NCBI RefSeq assembly: GCF_048593235.1
Contig: NC_133620.1
Location: forward strand, 355,227,261-355,291,260
Direction: 5' to 3'
From: Sminthopsis crassicaudata
Taxonomy: Eukaryota
DNA: 64,000 nucleotides
Part shown: one piece after another, positions 49,521 to 62,587 of the stretch
Layout: each line of letters opens with the position of its first letter
Position numbering within the stretch: the stretch's first letter is position 1
Made by a program: the position numbers and the translations under genes
Notes under the pieces: model-generated
What the model was told of the DNA's origin: nothing
Databases searched by the model: none
What the model saw: only the letters and a program-made list of their open reading frames with translations

Positions 49521-50896
49521 AGGGAGGGAAACAGCTTGGTTTGGGAGGGGAACGAATCACAGGAGAAGGGAAGACAGGTGAAATTGGAGGTAAGACAGAA
49601 TTGGTGAAGGGGAGGGGGGGACTGTTAAAGTAAAGGGGGAGGGGAGAGCCAGGTAAGGCCAGGACATCAGAGGAGAGACAGCCATCATCACCCTTCTAGT
49701 GGGGTGAAAATCGGAGCTGAACTACTAAAGAGGGGGAGACTTGGGCGGGAGGAGGGGGCTAGGGAGGAACGTGCGCCGACCATTCAGCAGCTGGATGCTC
49801 TCCAGATATGGGGAGGGGTGAGGAGGAGATCATTGCCCTCCAGATGTGGGGAAATGCAGAAGCTATTGATTTCCCTGGCCGATAGGGGCTGGATTTGCTT
49901 TCCCAAGTTGAAAGGGGGGAGAGCGAGCAGAGAAGCAAGGAATGGGGGAGGGGGAGCTGTGATCTGTTCTTCCTTTCTTGCCATCTCTCCCCCCACTTCA
50001 AAGTTTGCTACAGTCTCTGGGGTTCGTTCTCCCCACTTCGACCCTGACTGAGGTTTTCCTGACCAAACAGGAGCTGTTTGGGGGGGGTTTTCTAAGCACC
50101 TCCAATAACCCCCACCCCTCACTCCCCCGCAGCGGGCTGGAGGCACAACAAGGAGATTCCGGCGGCGGCTGATGTCAGGGGCTGAGAATGAGAACAAGAT
50201 GTGCGGGGATGGGAGGGGGGCCGTTGTGCCCCCAAAGCTAGAGCTGAGCCCCTGGCGGGAACTGAAACGACTTGGAGACTAAATCTGAGCACCCTGAAGT
50301 TACCCGCCTCTCTTTTCCTTATTTCAGGGTGTGGGGATGCTTAAATTTGAAGAGTTTGAATTGGACTTCCAGCGGTCGGGTGTGTGTGTGTGGTTGGGGG
50401 GGGGGGGGGGATAGTTGCGGGAACTGCTCTGTAGAGAGGGAAGGATCGAGCTAGTCAGAACCCCCACTCCCAATACGCAAATGGGAACTGTTCCCTCATT
50501 TCTTTCTTTCAATGAAAGCTTCAGTAAGGGAGAATATGATCAACTCCCTAAAAATGAGGGTTATAGAGATTGAGGGCATGAGTGTGGTTTTCCGTCTCCC
50601 CTTCCCCTCCTTAGATGAGATTTAAGTTGGCCCTTCTCCACGTCTGGCTCGCCGATCTGGTTAAGGAGCTTCCACCCCAAAGTAGAGAAGAATCATCATC
50701 CCCTTAAATTTAATCTCCATCATTGGGGGGGCTCCCTTCCCTCTCCCAATAACTAGATCGGCTTCCCCAGAGAAACCCTGTCCCTCTCCTCCCTCCCCCC
50801 CCTCCTCCCCTCTTCCCCCTCTGCTCCTTTCTTCCCTCTCTGCCTTCTGCTCATATTCAGGCACAAAGCACCTCTCTGGAATAGGACCTGGTTTTT

Positions 50897-50956
<60 letters not shown>

Positions 50957-51468
50957 GTTTTGTGTTGGGGTTTTTGGGTTGGTAATTTTTTTGGTGGTTG
51001 ATGTCGTTGGATTTTTTTGGGGGGGAGCTCTCTGAGATATGGTATGTCTTAACTGCTTCTCTTTGTTCACGCCTCAGGGGCTTCTTTGGGATCTTGGAAT
51101 CTGGGGTAACCTAATCCCTTCTTTTCTCTTTTTCAGATTCTTGTTGCCTATTTCCAATCCCTGGGGCTGTGAGAGAAGAGGGGGGAAGGAATGTGTTTCC
51201 AGACCACCCTTCTCCCCTCTGCAGTTAAGCTCCCACAGTTCCCAGAATCCCACTCTCCCTGCTCTTTCCTTGCTCTTCTACGCAGAACTGGGGACCTAGG
51301 TTCCCTACCCCAATCTTCTTTCCCCCCTTAAACTCTGATGGCACTAACATCCACCTAACTCACATGAACCCACAGGCACCTCACCTAATCTGCTCTGCAG
51401 TTATGAGTACCTCCTGGGTTGTATCTTCTTTCTACTTCTTTTTCAAACCCCAGAATAAGAGAAATTGG

Positions 51469-51521
<53 letters not shown>

Positions 51522-53687
51522 TGTATTAATATACTAAGATTTGGATGACTATTTAGATTTGGGTTTTCTGGGGTCCCCATTCCTGCCCATCTTTTTACGA
51601 ATCAGTTTCTTCCCTTCAAATGGATTAAGGAAGGGAGATAAATGCACTCACGATTCTCCTTAGCTTTCCCCCACCACACACATTCAAGGGAAATGGATCT
51701 TGAGCTAGTGAGCCCCCATAAGCCATGAATGGGAAAAAATGCAGCTCCTCTCACCTTTGCTACAGGGGCAATACAAAGAACAAAAAATACTTTTTTTTGT
51801 TCACTCCTCCCAACTTATTCCGTAAATCAAGCTCTTAGAAATTTGGTGGGGGTTTTTTTGGAGGGGGGAGGGTTGTTTCTACTTGCCCTATATCCTTTTA
51901 TCCCCACCATACTTTATTGCATGCTTGTACACACAATCCATGGGGTGAGGGGAGAAAAGCCTAATTTACCAGTTTTCACACTGGATATCTTTGGGGTAGG
52001 GACTAGGGAAAGAGAAGGTCAGAATGAGTGGTGAGAAGTAGAAGCTGTTTCAGATGTAGAGTTCTGCCTAGTCTCCAGCCTGTTTCTGGAAGGCTGGGAA
52101 AGGAGCATCTCTTGGAAAAAATTGTGGCTAGTGAGATGTCAGGCCTGGAAGGTAAAGGGAAGCTAGAACCAATGCTGCCNNNNNNNNNNNNNNNNNNNNN
52201 NNNNNNNNNNNNNNNNNNNNNNNNNNNNNNNNNNNNNNNNNNNNNNNNNNNNNNNNNNNNNNNNNNNNNNNNNNNNNNNNNNNNNNNNNNNNNNNNNNNN
52301 NNNNNNNNNNNNNNNNNNNNNNNNNNNNNNNNNNNNNNNNNNNNNNNNNNNGTTTGAGGAAAATGTGCCTTTTATATTTGTCAGAGATACTGAATCGAAT
52401 TTCTGTCCTCTGTTTTCTTCGTCCTTCTTACTCTACTAGAATCTCATCCAGCCCTGTAGCACTCATTTATGCCTCCTACCCTGCCCCAAACTCTCTACTT
52501 TCCCCACTTCAAACTAAGAAGAGAGCCAGACCCCTTCTCCGCCTGCCACTCTTTACTACTCCCTCATCCCGCCCGCCAACCCCCCAAAGAGGCCTTGTTT
52601 CCTGGAGAAGAAACCTGCCCAAAGCCCCATCTGGGCTGTAGGGGGTGGGGTGAGGAAAGGCAATAAGGGATGGGGGCTGGCATTATATGTGTGTGTGTGT
52701 GGGGTAACCAACATGGAGTCAGAAGGAATTTTTCCCCTATTCCCATTGAATGCCCACCCCTCCAGGCACAGGTTCCTGTTTTTTCTTCACTGATGTGTAC
52801 TTTTCAGTTGAGTGTGTTTTGCCTCCTTGTGTTCCTCCCTGATTCTCTCTCCCCCCCCCCCAATCAAAGGAGATCCTGAGCATTCCCTCTCCTGGCTGTT
52901 ATGTCACATCTGGAAGTTTGTGTAGGAGTTCCTCCAAGCTCAGAGCCCAGCACAGCTTTTTCTCATTTAGAAATCATAGGCTGGCATTTGGGATCCAGGG
53001 AGGGGGAGTGGGAGAGCAGGGCTGGAGGGGGGAGTGGGGAGCCTGCCAGGAGGAGGAGGCCTGAGCGGCAGGAGCCCTAATGACTTCCAGAAGTGAGTGT
53101 GAGTGTGTGACTGTGCGTCATTGTGCGTGTCTGAGTGTGTGTCTGGTGGGAGGGGGAGGGCAACGGAGCTATGGATTTTTTTCCCCTTGGAGGGTCTTGG
53201 ATTTCCTGCCTTACCTGTCTCTTTCTCACCAGGGCCTAGGATGGGAAAAGTAAGACTTTACAGAATGTCATATTACCCTAATCTTTGTCCTGACCCCCCC
53301 CCAAAAGAAACTGGGGAGTTGAGGACTTTCTATCTCATCTCTTGATAGCCACCTCTCAGGTCCATGGACTCTCCAGGGGGTGGTGTATAAGAGAAAGACT
53401 TGGGGTGCTGGGGGAAGGTTCAAGGTATCTGAGAAGCCAGGGAAAGGGTACACAAAGAAGGAGTAAAATAGATTTCCTACCTCAAATCTGCCATAGACTT
53501 CTTGCCTTAAAGACACCCCTTTCCCCTCCCCTTCCCACTGTTGGGGACTCCCCCAGCTACTCTTCCTCATGGCCCCAGTTGGAGCCAATCCTAGGATTCC
53601 CCCCTCCCCACACCCCTCCAGCTGCTCAGGCTCCAGCTCTTCACCCCACCCTGTCAGCCTCAGCCAGGATGGCGACAGACACAACCA

Positions 53688-53721
<34 letters not shown>

Positions 53722-56700
53722 TATGCTTGCACACATACAAGCATAAACCATCTCTCTCACACACACACGCATATGCACGCACATACAGTCATAGACACTT
53801 GAATAGGATTTCTGGCCCCCTTTCCCTCCCAGAGATTCCAGTAGGCCCGCTGTCTCTCGGTCTCTGTATCCATGTCTCTGGGTGGAGCTAGCTGTCTTGC
53901 TGTCTTTCTCGGCATTTTTTTTCCAGTTCAGCTAGAAATCTCTCTCCCTGCACACCCACACACTGGAGAGGAGAGAAAGGCACAAGCAGTGTGTGTGTGT
54001 TTATGATGGGGGGGGGCTCCCATAGGGCCTTGGACCTTTCCAACCTCAGCTGGGAGAGGCTTCTCTTCCTGCCCACCCTAAAGTCCTGTGCTCGCTAATG
54101 TGGATTCTTCTTCCTTTTAATGAGGTTGGGGACCCTTTGTGCCCATGAGATGATTGAAGTTGCTAGAACCCTCTCATGTCCAGTTCTCACCCTTTTCCCC
54201 TATGGGCTGGGCCAGGGAAGGTTATTTAGGATGACTTCAAATACCCTGTGAGAAGGCTCTCCCAGGAAAGGAGGATGGAATTGAAGTGTTTCTTCTGCCT
54301 TTGCTTTCTTCCTTTAGATTGTGGGAGGAGGGGGCTGGACCTATGGTGTGAGGAAGAGAGCTCCTCCGGTTCCCTTCCCCCCTCCTTTCAGAGCCACTCC
54401 AGCCCGGAGAGTCACCATAGCAACAGTAGCCACGTGATTGCACAGGTCTCTCCCAGTCACTATGGCAACCAGTGTCCCCTGTTCCCTTGGTTGCCATAGG
54501 ATATATCACATGGTTTCTCCCCCTTCCCCACCTAGTAACCTGTGTTTCCTCCCCTCATCCTATTTTCCCTTCCCCACTAGAGAATGGAAGAGCAGCCTTA
54601 GGGGAAGGGGGTCACCTCAATTACCATGGCAACAAATCAACACCAACCTAATGACACATCCTACTATTGCTATGGCAACAAAAGGAACATCACAGAGTGA
54701 CATGGAGCTCTATTCCCATGGAAATGAGCCCCACCCTGAGATGGGGGGAAGAAGGATACCCAACTGGTAGCCTAGCACTGCTGGATTTAGTCCAGTCAGT
54801 GGTTACACTGGCCTGGGGACCACACAGCATATTCCATCTCCAATTTCCCTGTACTTCCGTTTCTTTCCTGCTCACCTCTGTGACTTTGGAGTTAGTCAGA
54901 TAGAGAAGGAAGAAACAAAGGGATAGAAGCTTTCTGGTCAGGCCTCAGGAGATACTTTAGAAGGTATTTCCCTAGATGAATAATCTTAAGCGGGTCATTT
55001 TTTTTTTTTTTTTGACCTCATTTTCGTCATCTGTCAAATGAAGAGGCAAAGTGAAGCCTAATATTCTATGTTCTGTGTATAGTTGAAGGAATGGGGAGGC
55101 GTTACCTTTAGTCAAGATGTCAGACCCCTGCCTCAGAATTTTGGGGAGGAGAAGGGGAGCGCTATGGAGGACAGACAAGACAGACACTGTTCTTGCTTCT
55201 TCTTACTTATGCCTCCCTGGGGAATATTTACACCACGGAAATGTGATATGTGTGTTAGTATTCATAAGATTTTACATTTAGAGCTAAAAGGAACCTTAGA
55301 GATCATTGGATCTCTAAGTGAGATCCACATGGATCTCACTAAACTCCTTCTCTCTCATCCCTTCATGTTGGAGGGTGAGAGATCGTCATCTTCCCACAAT
55401 CACCCTCTTCTTCAAGAATCTGGTGCCCCACATTGTTTCTTGTAGTTTCCTAAATGGTGAGCCCCTTCTGGCTCAAGCTAGAGATGAATCCACTGTCCCA
55501 ATTACCCAGAAGCATCCTTCTCTCAGCCCAGCAGCTTCTGAGGGCTGATTGAAACTCTTTTGATGGTCTTAGCTTCCCACCCATCATTCTACCCCCACCA
55601 TGACCTGGGAAACACAATTACTGCATCACCCCTATAAGGAGGAGAGGGAAAACCTTGAGATGGGGGGATTGTGAAGTGGGAGTTTATTCATTCAGCAAAT
55701 CATTTGTACTTGAATTTATTCCAAGCAAGGCACTTTGGGGATGGGGGTGGGGTGAGATACAAAGGACAGGATCCCTGCCCTCTAGGAGTTTGAAATCTAG
55801 TAGGGAAAAGGAGACGGGAACACATATAATTATACTACAGGCAGAGTATGGCCAATGTTGTAAGAGAGAAGCATGAGCAAAGTGCTATGGGAGTTATCCT
55901 GCCAACTGTGTGTGTGTTATCCGTTCCATCCGGCTCCTCTTCCAAACAGAGCCACCCACCCACTCTCATTCAGGTAAATCCTGGTTGGGCTTCCCAACGC
56001 ACTCCCACACTCTCTTTCCTAGCTTAGAAGCCTTCATTTGAATTCTTGCTTCCACCCTCAGCCTCCTAGGGAAAGCCACGGGGGAGGACCACCTCCTGGG
56101 TGAGGCAGAACAAGGGACAGTCCCAGGGAAAGAAGGGCGGAACGGCTCTTTTTTGGGTTCTGACCTCTTTCCCAGAAGACTCCGGGGAGAGCTTGAAGAG
56201 GCGTGGGGGCGAAGGGAAGTCGGGAGACCAGAGCTTCTAGGAAGCCTGGCAGCTCACCCTGCACCCCACGCCTCAGCACCCCCTCCCCCGCCCCGTGAAC
56301 TCTGGCTGACCCCCTGCTCTGGGGAGAGATCCACCAGCTTCGGCTTTTCTCAAAGAAATGGTTCCATGGAAACAGTACTCTTTTCCGTCTTTTCTTCACC
56401 GCCTGTTCCCCCCAGCCCCCCACCTTCAGACAGTTAACTATTGGAAAATCATTCTTGTAGGACCTAGATGGGAAGGGGCGGCTGCAGGTACCAGAGGTTT
56501 GGGGATGGAAGGCTGGAAGAAAGGGACGAGAAAGTGCAGGGACCGGGATAGGCAGAGGGCCTGGTTCTAAGCTGGATGCAGAATTTAGAACAGGAGAGAA
56601 TGCAATATTATGGTGCACTAAGACTACAGCGATTGGAGGGGTGGTCGGCCCGGCTTGGCGGGTTGCGGTTGCCTCCTTCACCACTGACACCTAAGCACAC

Positions 56701-59700
56701 CTTTGCCGTAGGGGCACCGGCTCCTAGCCCTCCAAGGGCGCGCTCTGCGCAGCAGCTCCGTAAAGCCGAGGACTGATCTCGGACCCCGCCTCCCTGCGGG
56801 TCTTTTTTATCTTCCTTAGCTCCTCCCAGCCTCTACATTCCATGTCCCCCCACCCAGCCCTTTCTCAGTCCCTCTGGGAGAGAGAGATTTCACCTTTTAA
56901 ATCAAATAGCAAAGGGCTGGTGAGGTTCGGGATCACATTGCTTTCTGCGCCTCTGGGGTTGGAATTATTCATCCCTGCAGACACCTCCTCCAGATTTACT
57001 GGACAGCCCTTTCCTCCATCTGGGCTTGGAGGGCAAAGAGAAGGGCTCGGGACGTGAGACCTGGCCACTCCCCGATTCCTCCAGAGCCTGCCTCCCGTGA
57101 TGGTCCCAGGAGCCCAGGCTGTACCTGTGTCAGGCGGGGGCAGGAGAGTGTGTTGGAGTGTGTGCGTAACTCTGGGTGAGCGGTCGCTGCCGGTGCCTGA
57201 GGGCAGAAGTCTGTCTGGCTCTGTAAACCTGTGACTCCTCACTCCTTGGGAGGTTCCACGGGGCCATAGAGGACCCAGGTAGAACTGGGCTGGATCTAGA
57301 ATGTGGCGGGCTGAGTGAGAAGATCTCCGCAAGCCCATTTCTCAGATATCCAGCCAGCCAGAGCAGGTTTTCTCCGTAGTAGGTCTGTTTTTTCCCGAAT
57401 CAGATCTTTCTGCAGGGTAGCCACGGCATCCTTGGTTTTTGTTTTGTTTTGTTTGTTTTTCTTTCACATATACATGGGCAGGAGTGGATGGGTGGGTGGG
57501 TAGTCTATAAGGAGGGAATAGTTAAACTCGCTTCATGGCTAGTTACAACCTTGACCACTACTCGAACCTGGTTCGAACGGGTCAGCATGCTGGTTATCCT
57601 GCTGAACTGTGTGACTCTGGGCATGTTTCAACCCTGTGAGGACATCGCCTGTGACTCCCAGCGCTGCCGGATCTTGCAGGTGTGTTAGTGGTGGGCAAGG
57701 GGCCAGCAGCCTCAGGGGCTTTGGGGAGGTCAATACCTAGGTTCCAAATTTTTGCTCTGGGTGCCTCAGAGTCCCCCATGATGCAGCACCGTTGCCCCCT
57801 CCGGGAGCAGGCCTCTTCTCCCTCCACCCTGTGGCCTCTCCTCAGTTCTACCCCTTCCCCATTCAGAGTTGACCCCAGCCCCCTCCCCACTCTCAGGCCT
57901 TTGACGACTTCATCTTCGCCTTCTTCGCTGTGGAGATGGTGGTGAAGATGGTTGCCTTGGGCATCTTCGGAAAGAAGTGTTACTTGGGAGACACCTGGAA
58001 CCGGCTGGATTTTTTCATCGTTATTGCAGGGTGAGTGAGGGGAATTCTAGAAACTCTTTGTTTTTCTGATTTCCAGGTTCAAGGCCACTTGATGGAGTAG
58101 CTCTTCCTGTTTCCTGATACTATACCCAGGCCCAAAGTCTGGAGTAAACTTCACCCCTTGTCCCTTTCTCCCTCTTGTTTTTTCAGTTTTGCTTAGTGAT
58201 TTTCCATACTCTCTGAGAATGGTATGGAAGCACCATCTCACACTCATTTCTACAGGCAAGGCTTAGCCACTGGGAATATCACCAAAGAATCATATTCGTG
58301 CCCTGGGGCTCCAAATTTCTCTCTGTATATATTTGTCCTAAAAATAATAATAATAAAGGAACAGTGTAGTTTAGTAGATGGAGAGCTGTCCTCCTAATCA
58401 GGAAAATTTGGATTCAAGTCCTGACTCTGACTTCTCCTGATTATATGACATTGGGAAAAGTCACTTAACCTCTTAGTGTTCTATGAAACTCTAAGACTAT
58501 AAATTACAGGGGAAATGTCAGCCTATACTGATAGAAGAACTTCTCTACACCATTGAAACCAAAGTCCAGGTCTTACCTCTTCTCACTACATGGATCCTAA
58601 GCTTCGGGACTTCCCTTTTGGGACATCCCTTGGGGATGGGGGAAGGGAGGTGAGTCTTGTATTGTTTCTAGCTACTTGTGTAGTGGAAAAATTACTGGTA
58701 TAAAAAGCAGATGAGGTTGATTTTGGTCCCAGAACCACCATGGCTGTGCTGAGTTGGACAAATCCCTCTCTCTGTGCCTCTCTCCCCTTATCTGTTAAAC
58801 AAGTGGCCAACTCTCAGGTCACTTTTAGTTCTATCATGCTATAATTCTAATCTTTGCCCTTGTCTATACTTCCAGTGGACTTGAGCATTCTGGTCTCTTG
58901 GTGTCCCCCTGAATGTTGGTCTTTCTCCTACAGGATGCTTGAATACTCCTTGGACCTCCAGAATGTCAGTTTCTCTGCCGTTCGGACTGTCAGAGTGTTA
59001 CGGCCTCTTCGAGCAATTAATCGAGTTCCCAGTGAGTGATTCTCTCTCTGGTGCAAGTGGGCAGAAGATGAAATAAGCTCCCTCCCCCTCTCCCCAAAAG
59101 TACCTGCCCCCATGGCTGGGGAGAGGGAGGAAGGTGAGGGAAGACAGGACCAACCGATTGTGTGTACATTTATATCCACTGAGGGCAAATCAAAAATTTT
59201 CAATAAGGCTGTATGAAATCTGCTTCTGGGGCTATGACAATTGATTTCTTAGGGAGTGATGATGTGGAAGGCTTGGGGGGGGGAAGAAAAGAGAGACAGA
59301 GAAAAAGAGAGACAGAGATGGCAGACAATGGAAGTGGAAAGATGGGGTTGGAGGTATTGAGAAAATGTGGAAATCTCTAGCAGACCGTTCTTTATTTCAT
59401 TAAGGCTTAGAGCAATACTCCAGATTTTGGGTCAAACTCAAAAAGATGTACTGCTATCCCTCTCCCTCTTTTCCCTCTTATTAGATTGGAAGGAGATAAG
59501 GTTCAAAGCTGTAGCAGCAAATCCCCAGTCTGGATTGCTCTTGAGTTCCACCCCCACCCCTTGCCTATGACTTTCCTTTACTTCCCCAGTGGTAGTCCCC
59601 TTTGCCTGTGGCCTCTTTCCTCCTCCTTCACTTCATTTGGAACATTCACTAGAGCCATTATCTAAATTAAACCAGAGATGGGAAAGCTTTGGCGTATGGG

Positions 59701-59900
59701 CCAGAACAGTCTTGGCAGCTCAACTCACTGCTTTCCCCCTTCAGTTTATCCATCCCCCAACATAGTCCCTGAGCCCTGCTGTATAGGTGAACCAGTATGG
59801 AGATGGGCTTTGCCATCTGTGTAGGGGTAGGAGTGGAGGTGGGGCAGGAATGGTTGTGTCAAAGTCCTGGTGTGTGTCTGGAGGATGACAGCTGCATGTG

Positions 59901-59948
<48 letters not shown>

Positions 59949-62587
59949 GCATATAGTGTGTGCCTGTGTTTCTTTGGATGATTCGATATTAAGTGCCTCT
60001 GGGGCAAATTAAACGGGTCTCTAGGTGTTCTGCTGTGCTGGTGTTAACACTAGCTCCAGACGTCCTGGGTGTAGCATCCCCCACTTTCACCCCCACCTGA
60101 AGTGACGGATGGCTGATTTACTGGCCTCTGTCTAACCACCAGTGTAATTCCCTTAATGCAAACCCTGAAGAATTGATCTCTGCTGCTGTGCGGTGGATTT
60201 GGGAGAGGGGGGAGGCAGTGAAGAAAGGGGGGGGGTTAGACGTTGTGCAGGGGAGGCTGGCTGCAGTCACATGACTAGTCCAATTCTGTTAATTGTTTGT
60301 GAAGAGGGAAACACAGGAGGCCTAACTCTTCTGAAAGCGATCTGGGCAGTAAGGAAGGCATTTAAGGAAGGTTCGGGGCCGATTCAGACCGTATCCAAAA
60401 GCAGTCTAATTGAGTCATAAACCTGCATGTGGAACAGAGGAAAGCCTTCCTTTAATGGGGTGGGTGAGAGTCGGAGATGAAAATTCGATGATTTGGGGGA
60501 GGGGGCAGAGGGGAGGAAATGTCCATCTTAGATCAATTTCTGTGAATGTCAGATTTACGTCTCTATTGATTCATCCTGATTACAGAATCAGAACTCCAAA
60601 TTGATGGATTCTAAAGCAAGGAAGGGTCGTATCCTGGGAATGAAGGGCTGAAACCTGGGAGGAGAGAGGGAGAGAGGAGATATTGGAACACATTTGGTTT
60701 GGGTAGTTATGGGCAGTATAGGATTCAGTAGGTGGTCCAGCAAGCCTCCATTGTGCTTTGCTTTCTGTGCTGTTTCCCTACTGATCCAACTCAGAGTCCT
60801 TCAAGCCAGCCAGCCAGTGGTGGGGAGTGAGAATGAAAGGGAGAAGATGAATGGGTGGCAGTAAGAGGGACTTAGAATAGACAAGGAATTTTAGGGGCTA
60901 GAGAGAACTCAAAGTGAAAAGTAATCATGAATCATTTGCCTGTTGTTCTGGTGAGATGGCGCAGTAGATAGAGTACCAAGCTTGGAGTCAAGTAGCCCCA
61001 AGTTCAAATCCAGCCTTAGACACTTATTAGATGTGTGACTCTGGAAAAGCCTTTTAATCACTATCTACCTCAGTTTCCTCAATTCTAAAATAGGGCTAAA
61101 TAATAGTACATGCTTTACTAGGTTGTTGTGAGGATCAAGTATCCACAATAGGCACTTACAAAATATTTGTTCCCTTCCTTCCCCTAAAAGAAAAAGAAAT
61201 GGGCCACCAACTCCAGTCCAAGCCAGGCTAGATTGGGCTGGCCTAGAAAGTCTTTGATTAAATTCTATCTCTGCGTGCTTAACCTACTGCACCAATTCTG
61301 GGGCCTCCCTGCTGCCTCCCCGATTTCTGCCCCTCCAGTACAGCCTCTTGCCCACCTTCTAGGTATGCGAATCCTGGTCACTTTGCTGCTAGACACCTTG
61401 CCCATGTTGGGCAATGTCCTTCTACTCTGTTTCTTCGTCTTCTTCATCTTTGGCATTGTGGGGGTCCAGCTTTGGGCTGGGCTCCTTCGAAACCGATGCT
61501 TCCTTCCAGAGAATTTCAGCATGTGAGTATATGGATGGTGTGTGGTTGGTTAGGATACCTGGGAGATGATAGGAGGAGAGTCCTGTGGGGTTGGGCTGAG
61601 GTCATCTTTCTCCCTGGACATTCTCGCTCCCTGCCTCTGCTAGCTTCCAGAACCCCAATTTTTATTGATGTTTTTACCTAGGATATTACCTAGAATAGCC
61701 TTTCACATACAACTCTGGGCCATCATCCCCTATCCTTGCTGCTATGCTCCTTATCCACCAGCATACCCATTTTCCTGCCCCTTATTCTTAATGTCCCACT
61801 GCCCCTTACTCCCTTTCCCTGCCTTCCTGCTCCTTGCCCTCCACCTTCTCATTCCCCTGTTCACTTGTCCTTCTATCCCTGTCACCCCCTCCCCTATATC
61901 TTCCTCCCTTGTGGCCCCATCTTGGGTTTTACCTCTGACACCCTTCCCACTCTATCCCTGACTCCCTCCCCACCCACAGCCCTCTGAGTGTGGACTTAGA
62001 ACGCTACTATCAGACTGAAAATGAGGACGAGAGCCCTTTCATCTGCTCCCAGCCCCGGGAGAATGGGATGCGCTCCTGTCGAAGTGTTCCCACGCTTCGA
62101 GGAGAAGGGGGCGGTGGCCCTCCTTGCGGCCTTGACTATGAAGCCTACAACAGCTCTAGTAATACCACCTGTGTCAACTGGAACCAGTATTACACCAACT
62201 GCTCTGCTGGGGAGCACAACCCCTTCAAGGGAGCCATCAACTTCGACAACATTGGCTATGCCTGGATTGCCATCTTCCAGGTTTGTGGGGCGGGGGCGGT
62301 GGGGAACAAGCAGCTGGGGACTTGGCTGCCGGATCCTGAGATGCTCCCTGAACTCGGACCCCAGAGGGCTTTTCTTAGGGTTGTGGGTATAGCCTCCCCA
62401 AAGGTGACTCCAGACTATTGGCTCACACTCATGCTCCTCACCACACAAGCATGAACTCCCAAGAGATAACCCGAGGTCTCTTCATCTTCCCCAGGTCATT
62501 ACGCTCGAGGGCTGGGTAGACATCATGTACTTTGTGATGGATGCTCATTCCTTCTACAACTTCATCTACTTCATTCTTCTTATCATT
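49206..62587 (+). CDS. CACNA1G: T-type Ca channel Cav3.1 alpha-1G, coding exons 1-7 (3'-partial)
   Basis: join(49206-49465, 57568-57679, 57897-58030, 58934-59031, 61363-61522, 61980-62280, 62495-62587). MDEEEDG start, IS1-IS6 including S4 [15 protein letters not shown] and pore TLEGWV. Intron 1 is AT-AC, the rest GT-AG. Confidence 0.97.
50897..50950. repeat. (TG)n microsatellite; similar tracts at about 19019-19059, 51473-51525, 53690-53720 and 59903-59946
   Basis: Direct inspection. Confidence 0.95.
54411..54725. promoter_or_regulatory. Homotypic cluster of RFX X-box motifs (candidate enhancer)
   Basis: Six 14-mers resembling GTNRCC-N2-RGYAAC plus one half-site within about 315 bp. Confidence 0.65.
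57568..57679 (+). CDS. CACNA1G: CACNA1G exon 2
   Basis: ccttgac branch, gaac|C TGG; [37 protein letters not shown]. Confidence 0.96.
57897..58030 (+). CDS. CACNA1G: CACNA1G exon 3
   Basis: [22 protein letters not shown]...LDFFIVIAG. Confidence 0.97.
58358..58575 (+). mobile_element. Marsupial CORE-SINE (WALLSI/Mar3-like; subfamily uncertain)
   Basis: tRNA head, aagtcacttaacctct core, ctctaagactataaatt tail. Confidence 0.55.
58934..59031 (+). CDS. CACNA1G: CACNA1G exon 4
   Basis: [32 protein letters not shown]. Confidence 0.97.
60950..61170 (+). mobile_element. MIR-like SINE
   Basis: gttcaaatccagcc...cctcagtttcctc...gttgttgtgaggatcaa. Confidence 0.7.
61363..61522 (+). CDS. CACNA1G: CACNA1G exon 5
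   Basis: [18 protein letters not shown]...[11 protein letters not shown]. Confidence 0.97.
61980..62280 (+). CDS. CACNA1G: CACNA1G exon 6
   Basis: [23 protein letters not shown]...[14 protein letters not shown]. Confidence 0.97.
62495..62587 (+). CDS. CACNA1G: CACNA1G exon 7
   Basis: [31 protein letters not shown]|gtgagt. Confidence 0.97.

Larger units (their letters stand above)
49466..57567 (+). other. U12-type AT-AC intron (CACNA1G intron 1)
   Basis: 5' ATATCCTA, branch CCTTGAC 57549-57555, terminal AC; the only junction that restores CNP-W. Confidence 0.93.

Noticed and set aside
11726-52357. ORFs containing X runs at the four N-gaps
   Set aside because: Artefacts of assembly gaps.
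56058-57338. Minus-strand 210-aa and 157-aa ORFs in CACNA1G intron 1
   Set aside because: GC-rich and stop-poor, with non-ATG starts likely and no recognisable domain.
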